From Felis catus (lineage: Eukaryota): 64,000 nt of DNA. The position numbers and the translations under genes are program-made. The stretch is taken from assembly GCF_018350175.1 (NCBI RefSeq), contig NC_058383.1, positions 21,826,001-21,890,000 on the forward strand. The letters are read 5' to 3'. Of the stretch, positions 1 to 13,236 are shown in pieces. The notes beneath the pieces were generated by a model. It was given only the letters and a program-made list of their open reading frames with translations. It was not told the DNA's origin and ran no database searches. The number at the start of each line of letters is the position of its first letter. Position 1 is the stretch's first letter.

Positions 1-2652
1 ACTGTATCAAGAGATGAAGAAGGGCATTATATCATAAATAAGGGGTCTATCCACCAAGAAGACCTCACAATTGTAAATGTTCAGGCGCCAAATGTGGAAC
101 CACCCAAATATATAAATCAATTAATCACAAACATAAAGAAACTCATTAATAATACCAGAATAGTAGGGGACTTCAACACCCCCACTTACAACAATGGACA
201 GATCATCTAATCAGAAAATCAACAAGGAAACAATGGCCTTGAATGACACACAGGACCAGATGGACTTAACAGATATATTCAGAACATTTCATCCTACAGC
301 AGCAGAATATACATTCTTCTCCAGTGCACATGGAACATTCTCCAGAATAGATCACATACTGGGTCACAAATTACCCCCTCATGAGTACAAAAAGATCGAG
401 ATCATACCATGCATATTTTCAGACCACAACACTATGAAACTCAAAATCAACCACAAGAAAAAATCTGGAAAGACAGCAAACACTTGGAAACTAAAGAACA
501 TCCTACTCAAGAATGAATGGGCTAACCAGGAAGTTAAAGAGGAAATTAAAAAGTACATGGAAGCCAATGAAAATGATAACACCACAACCTAAAACCTCTG
601 TGATGCAGCAAAGGTGGTCATAAGAGGAAAGTATATAGCAATCCAGGCCTTCCTAAAGAAGGAAGAAAGTTCTCAGATACCCAACCTAACCTTACACCTT
701 AAACAGCTGGAAAAAGAACAGCAAATAAAACCCAAAACCAGCAGAACACAGGAAATAAGAAAGATTAGAGCAGAAATTACTGCTATTGAGACCAAAAAAA
801 CAGTAGAACAGATCAATGAAACCAGAAGCTGGTTCTTTAAAAGAATTAACAAAATTGATAAACCACTAGCCAGTTTGATCAAAAAGAAAAAGGACCCAAA
901 TAAATAAAATCAAGAATGAAAGAGGAGAGATCACAACCAATGCAGCAGAAATAAAAACAATAATAAGAGAATATTATGAGCAATTATACATCAATAAAAT
1001 GGGCAATCTGGAAGAAATGGACAAATTCCTAGAAACATATACACTATCAAAACTGAAACAGGAAGAAATAGAAAATTTGAACAGATCCATAACCAGTAAA
1101 GAAGTCAAACTGGTAATCAAAAATCTCCCAAAAAACAAGAGTCCAGGGCCAGATGGCTTTCCAGGGGAATTCTACCAAACATTTAAGGAAGAGTTAACAC
1201 CTATTCTCTTGAAGCTGTTCCAAAAAATAGAAATGGAAGGAAAACTTCCAAACTCTCTCTATGAAGCCAGCATTACCTTGATTCCAAAACCAGACATTGA
1301 CCCCACTAAAAAGGAGAACTACAGACCAATTTCCTGATGAACATGGATGCAAAACTCGTCAGCAAGATATTAGCAAATTGTATCCAACAATACATTAAAA
1401 AAAATTATTCATCACAACCAAGTGGGATTTATACCTATGATGCAGGGCTGGTTCAATACCTGCAAAACAATTAACGTGATTCATCACATCAATAAAAGAA
1501 AGGACAAGAACCACATGATCCTCTCAGAAGATGCAGAGAAAGCATTTGACAAAACACAACATCCTTTCTTGATAAAAACCCTCAAGAAAGTAGGGATAGA
1601 AGGATCATACCTCAAGATCATAAAAGCCATATACAAAAGACCCAATGCTAATATCATCCTCAATGGGGAAAAACTGAGAACTTTCCCCCTAAGGTCAGGA
1701 GAAAGACAGGGATGTCCACTCTCACCACTGTTATTCAACATAGTATTGGAAGTCTTAGCTTCTGCAATCAGACAACACAAAGAAATAAAAGGCATCCACA
1801 TTGGCCAGGAGGAGGTCAAACTTTCACTCTTCGCAGATGACATGATACTCCATATGGAAAACCCAAAAGATTCCACCAAAAAGCTGCTAGAACTGATTCA
1901 TGAATTCAGCAAAGTTGCAGGATATAAAATCAATGCACAGAAATTGGTTGCATTCCTATACACCAACAATGAAGAAAGAGAAATCAAGGAATCGATCCCA
2001 TTTATAATTGCACCAAAAACCATAAAATACCTAGGAAGAAATCTAACCAAAGAGGTGAACAATCTATACACTGAAAACTATAGAAAGCTTATGAAAGAAA
2101 TTGAATAAGACACACAAAAAAACGGAAAAATATTCCATGTTTCTGGATAGGAAGAACAAATATTGTTCCATAGCCAAAGTATGGAAAGGCCAAAATGTCT
2201 ATCGATGGAAGAATGAATAAAGAAGATGTGGCATATATATACAATGGAGTATTACTCGGCAATCAAAAAGAATGAAATCTTGCCATTTGCAACTACATGG
2301 ATGGAACTAGAGGGTATTATGCTAAGCAAAATTAGTCAGAAAGACAAATATCATATGACTTCACTCATATGAGGACTTTAAGACAGAACAGATGAGCACA
2401 AGGGAAGGGAAGCAAAAATAATATAAAAACAGGGAGGGGGCCAAAACATAAGAGACTCATATATGGAGAAGACACTGAGGGTTACTGGAGGGGTATGGAG
2501 GGGGGATGAGCTAAATGGGTAAGGGGCACTAAGGAATCTATTCCTGAAATCATTGTTGCACTATATGCTAACTAATTTGGATGTAAATTTTAAAAATAAC
2601 ATAACATAACATAACATAACATAACATAACATAACATAACATAACATAACAT
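1..2652 (+). mobile_element. Carnivore LINE-1, disrupted ORF2 (EN end, RT) with internal deletion, 3'UTR and microsatellite tail; runs off window start
   Basis: FSRIDHILG/SDHN endonuclease motifs, [15 protein letters not shown] and LFADDM RT motifs; stops and frameshifts break ORF2. Confidence 0.95.
2597..2652 (+). repeat. (TAACA)n microsatellite, about 11 units, from the L1 tail
   Basis: Read directly. Confidence 0.95.
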
Positions 2653-2666
2653 CAGTAACATATATT

Positions 2667-2903
2667 GGGGAGCCTGGGTGGCTCAGTCAGTTAAGCATCT
2701 GACTTTGGCTTAGGTCATGATGTCACAGTCCGTGGGTTTGAGCCCTGCATCAGGTTCTGTGCTGACAACTCAGAGCCTGCAGCCTGGAGCCTGCTTCAGA
2801 CTCTGTGTCTCCCTCTCTCTCTATCCCTCCCTGACTACTGCTCTGTCTCTCTCTGTCTCTCAAAAATAAATAAATGTTAAAAAAGAAAAGAAAAGAAAAG
2901 AAA
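2667..2903 (+). mobile_element. Can-SINE (tRNA-derived)
   Basis: GGGG.GCCTGGGTGGCTCAGTC head, CT-rich body, A-rich/(GAAAA)n tail. Confidence 0.9.
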
Positions 2904-3427
2904 GACCTCAACTCAATAACTTCAGCTATTGCCTTAAGAAATTAGGAGAAAAAAAATAAAAGCAAATAAAGCACAGAGTAAGCAGAAGAAAGGAAATATA
3001 AAATTAGAACAGATATTTACAAAATAGACAACTAAAAGATAATACAGAAAAATCAATGAAACCAAAAGCCGATGTTAACAGATCAATACAATTAATAAAC
3101 TTCTAGCCACACTTGTCAGGGAGAAAAAAGGAGAAGACACAAGCTACCAATATCAGGAGTGAGAAAGATAACACTACTCCAGATTCTATGAATATTAAAA
3201 AGGATAAGAAGAAGGTATTATGGGTAACTTTACGTTGATGAACTTGACAACTTTGATAAAGTAGGAAAGTGCCTGGAAAGACACAAAGTGTCAAAGCTCA
3301 CTCAAGAATAGATAGATAACTTGGATAAGTGTTATGTCTATTAAAGAAATTGAAATTGCAGTTAAAATCTTTTCAGTAAGGGAAACTACAGGGGCAGATG
3401 ACTTCACTGAGTAATTCTACCAAGTTC

Positions 3428-3504
3428 TTAAAAAAAAAATGTTTGTTTATTTATGTGACAGAGAGAAAGAGAGAGAATGTGTGTGTGGGGGGTGGGGAAG
3501 GAAG

Positions 3505-3545
<41 letters not shown>

Positions 3546-3669
3546 CCCAAGCAGGCTCCGCGCTCAGCACAGAGCCTGACGTGGGGCTCTATCTCATAAC
3601 CATGAGATCATGACCTGAGATGAAATCAAGAGTCAGATGCATAACAGACTGAACCACCCAGACACCCCT
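3428..3669 (-). mobile_element. Can-SINE with (GA)n tract
   Basis: Reverse-complement SINE head at ~3669, (GA)n 3507-3543. Confidence 0.88.
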
Positions 3670-3962
3670 GTACCAAATTCTTAAGGAAGAAATAATTCAA
3701 ATTCTATACCAGCTCTTCCAGAAAATTGAAGGAGAAATATTTCCCAATGAATTCTACAAAGTCAGCACTGCTCAGATATCAAATTCAGACAAACACAGTA
3801 CAAGGAACATAACTAAAAATGAATATACCTCTTAAAAAGATGAAAAAATTCTTAACAAAGTTTTATTAAATTGAATTTAATATCATATGAAAGGGCTACC
3901 ACATAATGATCCAGTGGGGTTTATTCCAGCTATATAAGGTCAATTTAACACTTAATCAATGA

Positions 3963-4196
3963 GGGGCGCCTGGGTGGCGCAGTCGGTTAAGCGTCCGACT
4001 TCAGCCAGGTCACGATCTCGCGGTCCGTGAGTTCGAGCCCCGTGTCAGGCTCTGGGCTGATGGCTCGGAGCCTGGAGCCTGGAGCCTGTTTCCGTTTCTG
4101 TGTCTCCCTCTCTCTCTGCCCCTCGCCCGTTCATGCTCTGTCTCTCTCTGTCCCAAAAATAAATAAACGCTGAAAAATAAAATAAAAAAAAAAAAA
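3963..4196 (+). mobile_element. Young felid SINEC_Fc-type element (copy 1 of tandem duplication)
   Basis: CpG-rich head GGGGCGCCTGGGTGGCGCAGTCGGTTAAGCGTCCG, poly(A) tail. Confidence 0.92.
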
Positions 4197-4321
4197 AGAT
4201 GAAAAAATTCTTAACAAAGTTTTATTAAATTGAATTTAATATCATATGAAAGGGCTACCACATAATGATCCAGTGGGGTTTATTCCAGCTATATAAGGTC
4301 AATTTAACACTTAATCAATGA

Positions 4322-4570
4322 GGGGCGCCTGGGTGGTGCAGTCAGTTAAGCGTCCGACTTCAGCCAGGTCACAATCTCGCGGTCCGTGAGTTCGAGCCCT
4401 GCGTCAGGCTCTGGGCTGATGGCTCAGAGCCTGGAGCCTGTTTCCGATTCTGTGTCTCCCTCTCTCTCTGCCCCTCCCCCGTTCATGCTCTGTCTCTCTC
4501 TGTCCCAAAAATAAATAAACGTTGAAAAAAAAATTTTTTTTTAAAAATTAAAAAAAAAAATTAAAAAAAA
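4322..4570 (+). mobile_element. Young felid SINEC_Fc-type element (copy 2), TSD ttaatcaatg
   Basis: Same subfamily; flanked by ttaatcaatg on both sides. Confidence 0.92.
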
Positions 4571-5156
4571 ATTTAATCAATGTAATTCACATGATGACTA
4601 GAAAAGAAAACCCACACAATTATTTCAATAGATGCCAAAAATTTTTTTTGACAAAACACAACAGCCATTACAAATAACTCTCAGCAAACTAGGAATAGAT
4701 GGGAACTTTCCCAACCTAATAAAGGGCATCTATGAAAACAATCTATAGCTAACATCACACGTAGTAGTGAAAGACTAAAAGCTTTCCCCATAAGATGAGG
4801 AACAAGACAAGAATGTCTGTTCTCATTACTAGTATCCAACACTGTATTACAAGTCTTGGCCAGGGTGCTCAAGCAAGAAAATAAATAAATAAATCAAAGG
4901 CACCTTAGATTGGAAAGAAAGTAGCAAACCTGTTTTTATTCGCAGGCAACAGGATCATTATCTAGAAAATGTATGAAAAAACATACTTGAATTAATATGT
5001 AAGTTTAGTGAAATTTCAGGATACAAGCCCAATTTCCAAAATTGTTGCCAGACACTAGCAACAAACAGAATGGAAATTTTAAGAAATACTGTGTATGAAA
5101 GCATGAAAATATGAAAAGCTTGAGGACAAATCTGACCAAAAATATGTATGTCTTGA

Positions 5157-6443
5157 GGTGCCTGGATGGCACCTGACTTCGTCTCAGGTCATAATCTCAA
5201 GACTCGTGAGTTCAAGCCCTGCATCGGTCTCTGTGCTGACAGCTCGGAGCCTGGAGCCTGCTTCAGATTCTGTGTCTCCCTCTCTCTCTGCCCCTTCCCC
5301 TGCTCACTCTCCATCCCTCTCTCTCTCTCTCTCTCTCCAAAAATAAATAAAAATTAAAAATTTTTTAAAAAATATGTAAGTCCTATACACTGAAAATTCC
5401 AAAACCCTGAGAGAAATGAAAGAACATCTAAATAAATGGAAACATCCATGGGTTTATGGATTGGAAGACTCAGTATTGCTAATACATCAATTCTCCCCAA
5501 ATTAATCTGTTGACTCAATGCAATCTTAACAAAAATCCCAGAAGGAGGGGTGCCAGGCTGGCTCAGCTGGTGGAGTGTGCAACTCTTGATCTCAGGATTG
5601 TGAGTTTGAGGCCCATGCTGGGTGTAGAGATTAGTTAAAAATAAAATCTTGGGGCACCTGGGTGGCTCAGTCGTTTAAGCATCCGACTTCAACTCAGATC
5701 ATGATCTCACAGTGCATGAGTTCAAGCCCCACGTTGGGCTCTGTGCAGATAGCTCAGAGCCTGGAGCCTGCTTTGGATTCTGTTTCTCCCTCTCTCTCTA
5801 CCCCTCCTCCACTCATGCTCTGTCTCTATCAAAAATAAACATTAAAAAATGTTTTTAAATAAAATATTTTTTAAAAATCTCAGAAGACGGGCGCCTGGGT
5901 GGCTTAGTCAGTTAAGTATCCGACTGCAGCTCAGGTCATGGTCTCACGAGCCCCATGTCAGGCTCTGTGCTGACAGCTCAGAGCCTGGAGCCTGCTTCAG
6001 ATTCTGTGTCTCCTTCTCTCTCTGCCCCTCCCCTGCTCATGCTCTGTCTCTGTCTCTCAAAAATAAATAAATGCTAAAAAAATAAAATAAAATAAAAATA
6101 AAAATCCCAGAAGACATTTAAAAAAATTTTTTTAATGTTTATTTATTTTTGAGACATAGAGAGACAGAGGATGAACAGAGGAGGGTCAGAGAGAGAGGGA
6201 GACACAGAATCTGAAACAGGCTCCAGGCTCCAAGCTGTCAGCACAGAGCCCGATGCAGGGCTCAAACCCACAGACCGTGAGATCATGACCTGGACCGAAG
6301 TCGGACGCTCAACCGACTGAGCCACCCAGGCGCCCCCAGAAGACATTTTTTAAAAATAGTCTTCATAACCAGTGTAGAACTCGAGCTCACGACCCCGAGA
6401 ACAAGTCATACGCTTACCTGACTGAGCAACCCAGGTACCCCCA
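5157..6443. mobile_element. Cluster of six Can-SINEs (+5157-5370, +5547-5650, +5651-5878, +5889-6105, -6119-6337, -6351-6443)
   Basis: Repeated SINE heads and tails in both orientations; boundaries approximate. Confidence 0.88.
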
Positions 6444-7408
6444 AAAGGCTTTCTTTTTAATAAAAATTGAGAAGTTGAGTCCATATTACTAATGTTCATA
6501 GTAGCACTATTCACAATAGCCAGAAGGTGAAAATATTCCAAATTTCCCAACATTAGAATGGATAAACAAAAATGTGGTATATACATGCCATGGAATATTG
6601 TTCAGCCTTAAAAAGAAAGGAAATTCTGACATGTGCTATAACATGGATGAACCTTGAGGATTACATTAAATAAGTCAGACACAAAAGGACAAATGTCATA
6701 ATTCCACTGATGTGAGGTATCTAGAGTGGTAAATTCATAAAGACAGAAAACAGAATGGAATGGTTGTGGCCAGAGACTGGGGGGAAGAAGAAATGGGGAG
6801 TTATTGTTTAATGCGTACAGACGTTCAGTTTGGGATGATGAAAAAGATGGAAGGTGGTGATGGCTGTACAATGGTATGAATGTCCTTAATGCCACTGAAC
6901 AATACATCTAAAATCGGCTAAAATGCTAGGTTGTGTTATATATATTTTACCACAATGAAATGCTGTTGATTCTAAAATTCACGGTAATATGGAAGGCACA
7001 GAAGAGTAGGGGGAAACTTTGAGTCAGACTATAATTGGAGGACAGAACTACAGTAATCGAAACAGTACAGTACTGGGGTAAAGACAGATGCAGAAACAAT
7101 GGAACAGAATAGGAATTACAGAGATAGGCCCACACAAATACGATCGATTGATTTTCAACAAACTTGCAAAGGCAACTTGGTAGAGAAAGTTGGTCTTTAC
7201 ACCAAATGGCACTAACAAAATGTATGCACAAATGCTAAAAAACAAAACAAAACAAAAACAAAGCCCACTTCAGTCCATATCTTCTTGCACTATACAAAAA
7301 TTAACTCTAAACGGGACTCATAGGGACACCTCCCAAATCATTTTATGAGGCCAGCTTTATCCTGATCTTAAAACCAGACAGACATCACAAGAAAAAACAT
7401 TATACCCA

Positions 7409-10400
7409 GGGCACCTAGGTGACTCGGTTAAGCATCTAAGTCTTGGTTTCAGCTCAGGTCATAATCTCACTATTCGTGAGTTCGAGCCGCACATCAGGCT
7501 CTGCCTGCAGACAGTATGAAGCCTGCTTGGGATTCTCTCTTCCCTTCTATCTCTGCCCCTCGCCTGCTCTCTGTGTGTCTCTCTCTCCCTCAAAATAAAT
7601 AAATAAACTTAAACAAACAAAAAACATTACACCCAATATCTCTTATAGATGAAAAATTCCTAAGTAAAAATTCAGTATCATAAAGAAGTAATTATATACC
7701 ATGACCAGTTGGGGATCTCAGGAATGCAAAGTTGGTCTACTCTATGAACATAAATCAACGTAATACACCATATTAAATAAAAAACAAAAAACACAAGATC
7801 ACCTCGATAGACACGGAAAAAGCATTTGACCAAATCCAACACCCTTGGAGTCAGTGAATCAGGGACATTCAATAAACTAGCAAGAGAAGGAAGCACCCTC
7901 AACCTGGTAAAAGTTATTTATGAAGAACTCAGTGCTACTTGATCATGAAAGCCTGACTGCTTTTCCCCTAACAGCAGAACATGACAAGAATGTTTCCTCT
8001 TGCCGCTTCTATTTAACATTACCAGAAAAGTCAGGCATAAAAAACAAACCAAAAATAAGGGATCCAAATTGGAAAGGAAGAACTACAAGTACCACTCTTT
8101 CCAGATGACATGACCTTATATACAGAAAATCCCAAAGAACTCCACCAAAAACTGTTACAACTAATGAAAGGTTCAGCAAGTTTGCAGAATATGAAATCAA
8201 TACATACAAATCAACTGTAGTTCTATACACTAGTGATGAACAATAAAAAATCAAAGTAAGAAAGCAAATCAATTTACAATAACATTAAAAAGAATAAAAT
8301 ACCTAGGAATAAACTTGTCCAAGAATGCACAAAACTTGTACACTGAAAACAACAGAACCATGCTGGAAGAAGTTAAAGAAGATTTAAATAAAGGGAAAGG
8401 TATCTTGTGTTTATGGACTAGAAGACTTAATATTCATATTAAGATGGTAATACCACCAAAAGAGATCACTGTAATCCCTATCAAAATCCCAGATGTCTTT
8501 TTTCCCCCAGAAATGGACAATCTAACCCTAAAATTCATATGGGAATGCAAGGCACCCAGAATATCCTATACATGTAGATTTTAAAAGAAGTTGGAAGATT
8601 CATACTTCTCAATTTTAAAATTTACATATAAAGATACACTGTGGCACTGGTACAGGATGAGCATGTATGTCAAAAGAACAGAAGGGGCGCCTGGGTGGCG
8701 CAGTCGGTTAAGCATCCGACTTCAGCCAGGTCACGATCTCGCGGTCCGGGAGTTCGAGCCCCGCGTCGGGCTCTGGGCTGATGGCTCAGAGCCTGGAGCC
8801 TGTTTCGGATTCTGTGTCTCCCTCTCTCTCTGCCCCTCCCCCGTTCATGCTCTGTCTCTCTGTGTCCCAAAAATAAATAAACGTTGAAAAAAAAAACTTT
8901 TAAAAAAAGAACAGAATTAAGAATCCAGATATAAAGCCTTACCATTATGGCCAGTTGATTTTGGAGAAGGTACCACGATTCAGCACGATTCAGCGGGGAA
9001 ACAAGTTTTTCAACAAATGGTGCCAGGACAAGGGAACATCCATACACAAAAGAATAAAAATGGACAACTACCTCCTATCATATGTAAACATGTACTCAAA
9101 ATGTATTAAAGACCCAAAATAAGGGCTAAAATAATAAAATTCTTGGAATGCAGAAGTAGATCTTCATGACTTTGGACTAGGCAATGTTTTCTTAGATGTG
9201 ACACCAGAGCACAAGTGACAAAAGAAAATAATAAGGTAAATTAGATATCATCAACATTTTAAAACTTTGCTTCAAAGGAGATCATACAGGAAGTAAAAAG
9301 TCCATACAATGGGAGAAGATATTTGCAAATCATATATCTGATAAGTGACTTGTATCGAGACTATATAAAAACCCCAGCAAGTCAAGAATAAAAAGACAAA
9401 TAGCCCAAATGAAAAATGGGCAGAGGATTTGAATTTGAATCGACATTTCTGCCAAAAAAAAAAAAAAAAAAAAAAAGATAGGCAAATGGCCATTAAGCAC
9501 ATGAATATTTGCTTACCATCATCAGTCATCTGAGAAACAAAAATCCAAACCACAATGAAATATCACTTTACACCCACCAGCATAGCTATAAACAACAAGA
9601 TGAACAAGTGTTGGGGAGAATGTGGAGAAATTGAAACTCTTTGTACACTATTGGTGAGAATATAAAATGGTAGAGCTGGAATGCCTGGCTGGCTCAGTCA
9701 GTAGAGCATGTGACTCTTGATCTTGGGGTTTGTGAGTTCAAGCCCTGCATTGGGCATGAAGCCTCTACTTAAAAAAAAAAAAAAAAAAATGGTAGGTGGG
9801 GCACCTAGGTGGATCAGTTGGTTAAGTATCCAACTTCAGCTCAGGTCATGATCTCATGGTTGGTAGGTTTGAGCCCTGCATCAGGCTCTGTGCTGACAGC
9901 TTGGAGCCTGGAGCCTGCTGCGGATTCTGTGTCTCCCTGCCTCTCTGTCCCTCCCTCCACCCTCTCAAAAATAAATAAACATTAAAAAATAAAAAGATAG
10001 AGCTGTTTTGGGAACCATTTGGCATATGATCCATCAATTCCATTTATAGGATTGAAAACTGAAAATACACAGCCACAAGAAAACTTGTACATGAATGTTC
10101 CTAGCCACATTGTTCATAATAGCCGAAAAGGGGAAACAAGTCAAACGCACATCAAGTGATGGTAGAGCCACAGTGGATTATTGTTCCGTCACAGAAAAGA
10201 ATGGGATACTGACACATACTACAACACGGATGAACCCTGAAAACGTTATGCTCAGCGAAAGAAGCCAGAGACAAAAGACCACATACTGTATGATTCAATT
10301 TATACGAAATGTCCATAAAGGCAAATCCATGGAGACAGAAGGTAAGTTGCCAGGAGTTGAGGTGAGGAGGGAATGGGGAATGACCGATGGGTAAGGGGTT

Positions 10401-10752
10401 CCTTTTTAGGGTTATGAGAGTGTTCTAATTAGATGGTGGTAATAGTCGCACAACTCCGTGAATACCCTCAAAACCACTGAACTGTATACGATTATACGAC
10501 AAAGGGGTAAACTTTATGGTATGTGAAATAGATCTCAATAAAGCTGGTATTAAAAACTGGATCATCAATCTAAGTGCAAACCCAAAGTTATAAAGTTTTT
10601 AGAAGAAAATCTGGGAGGAGCTTTTTGAATTTGGGTTAGACAAAGATTAGAAATACCGCCAAAGTGGGGTTGCTTGGGTGGCTCAGTTGGTTGAGCACCT
10701 GACTCCTGGTTTCAGCTCAGGTCACGATCTCAAGGTTTGTGAGTTCCAGCCC
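7409..10752 (+). mobile_element. Can-SINEs at ~7409-7625, 8684-8908, 9678-9790, 9798-9995, 10667-10752 (truncated)
   Basis: SINE heads and A-tails nested in L1. Confidence 0.85.
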
Positions 10753-13129
10753 TTTGCTTCAAAGGATATCACAAAAATGGATCGGGAATCACAATGGCTT
10801 TGAACTCCTTCTCGGCAATGCTAGAAGCTAGATTATAAGAAATGCTTGCAAGTATGAGTGAAAATAACTTGCAACCTACAATTCTTGACTCAAACCATAA
10901 ATCAGGTGTGGGGGTGGAGTCAGAACATTCGTGATGTTACAGGCTCTCAAAAAACTTACCTTTTCACGCAGCCTTTCTCAAGAATCTACCAGAGAATGTG
11001 CCCTTCACCGCAAATAAGGCAGAAAACCTGGAAAGAGAAAGACACAGAATGGAAGACACAAAGATCCATTGCAGGGAGAGGGTGAGGAAAATTCCCAGGA
11101 TGGTGGTAAAGAAGCTTGCAGGGTCATAGCTGTGTGGCTGGCCTAGAGGACAACCAATTTTCATAGGAGACGTATCACACGAAAAAAGATGAACTAAAAG
11201 ACCACTTGATTTATTTGAATATACTGAGGAAGAGGTTTACATTTTTTGAGTAATCTTTAGGAAATGAAACACTTTTTAAAATAAGCCAGTTATTAATTCT
11301 GGGGAAACCAAAATTTTACAGGAAAAAGAGTCCTAATATACCAAATGATTTGATTTTGAAGTACAGATGTAAAGGCCTAAGAATGTCCATAGCATTTCAA
11401 TTCAGTCCAGATGAGAACTTTTATTTAGAGGATGGGAGAAGAGACTTGTGGGGGGATGGGGAGGGGCTAGAGTCAGTAGTAGCTAATACTTGAAACTGAA
11501 AAATCAAGACTTTTTATGTTCAAGTGTTTCTGTTTTGTTTTCAAAGAAAGAAGAGTTGGAACTGATTGCATCTGAAGAGCTGGAGTCTGGAGTCAGGATG
11601 CAGTGGGTGGGGGCAGGAGACTCTGGTATTTTAGGTCTTGAAGAACTTGATGATTTTTAAAAACTATGCAAGGACTTTGTCAGAAATAAACACAGAATTT
11701 AAAAGCCTGTAAACTGAGGATGTGTATTACGATCTAAGCAAACTTAGTGAAACATTAACCACGGGACAAATGCTGGTGGAAATGCCAAGGGGATGAGACA
11801 AGGGAGAATTGGGTTGGTTTGGGACTTGCAGGCAACTCTAAATACCTGAAGACAGAGGAACTTCATCTCACTGGTGTTTTTATTGCCAGTGACATTTAAC
11901 CTTTTCAAATGTCAATTGGCCATTTGTATTTCTGTACAATAGTTGAGTTTGTAATTTTTAAAAATTGTACAGGGAAGAAAGGCATTGCTATTCTAAAGAA
12001 ATGCCAGCAGCGTCCTCTGCTCTCTAATGGCATAATTCATCACAGGGCGATGGTTTCTTGCCTCAGAAAAATACCTTGAAAGAGGAAGAGCTGATGGTGT
12101 AGGAGAGAAAAGAAGTAATGACACTGGACACAGGGAGATGAGAGGGTGTGATGTATTCTGAGGGAAATGTCATAAAACTTATGAAGACTTGAGACTCTAC
12201 TGTAGTGAGATCTGAAGAGAAGAATCAGCACCAGGAATAGACATCAGGGAGTCAGAAAGGAGCCAACTACGATAAACCACATCTCACAAGTATTATCAGA
12301 AATATTGGGGAAGATCTTGGGTTTCCAGGTGACCGGTCAGTTTGAAAAATAAAGACCTAAACTATCAAAGATCCTCGGAAAAGGAAAACTGACCAATACT
12401 CAGGTTGGGTAGTAAAATAAAATTTTGGATATTTATTTAATCCATCTAGAATTTTAAGATGTGAAATTTTTTTTCTCAAAATGGTAATCCAGCTCTCTCA
12501 AAGCTACTTACTGAAAAATTGATCTTTTTCACATTTATTTATGCTGCAACTGTTATTACTTACTTATGTGGGTCAATTTCTGGAGTTTTACTCAATGCCT
12601 CTGATCTACCTATCCTAGTACCAATATTATCATGAGTTGAAAATTGTGTATCTTTGGTTTTTAACCCCAACTTGTAATAGCCGGGGGAATGAGGCCTCTG
12701 TGGTCTATCCCCCTTCCTGGCAATGAGTCCACATACAGCCAATCTGGTTTCGGGTGGAATCTTCTCCTATCCCCATCAACGTTGCAGCCTAGGTTTCAGG
12801 GTTCCTTTGTGCAATTCCCATATTAAAATGACCACAGAGGGAGTAGTCCTCATATGCTCCATAACCTACCATTGTCCCTCCCGATTATGAAGCATTCATA
12901 ATGCTCAAGATCTTCTATTTGCACTTCCCAAAAGGCCATCTGCTTTGTCAAGGAAGAGAATTCTGGGCATCTGTCTTTAGTTTGAAAACAAAAACAAAAA
13001 AACAAACAAAAACACAACTTTTAAAATGTGGCACTGTGGCAAAGTTCCCCCATTTCTGTCTGCTCCTCCCATCCTTTCCCTGGGTTCTAGCACTGACACA
13101 ATTTTCTCCTATGTTCATTTTTCATCCAA

Positions 13130-13236
13130 TTTGTTTGTAAGTTTTACTTAAAGTAATCCCTCCACCCAACGTGGGGCTCTAACTCACAACCCAGAGATCA
13201 AGTTGCATGCTCCACCAATTGAGCCAGCCAGGCATC
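13130..13236 (-). mobile_element. Short old Can-SINE
   Basis: tgagccagccaggcatcc and gagatcaagttgcatgctc reverse SINE motifs. Confidence 0.75.

Larger units (their letters stand above)
2904..10560 (+). mobile_element. Mosaic of older degenerate L1 (L1M-type) ORF2/3' fragments interrupted by many SINEs
   Basis: Degenerate ORF2-like sequence (e.g. NLYTENNRTMLEEVKEDLNK; MNPENVMLSERSQ); L1M-type 3' ends near 6950 and 10550. Confidence 0.85.

Noticed and set aside
194..2108. RT/endonuclease ORFs as an active retroelement or novel RT system
   Set aside because: Ordinary L1 ORF2, broken by stops, frameshifts and a large deletion
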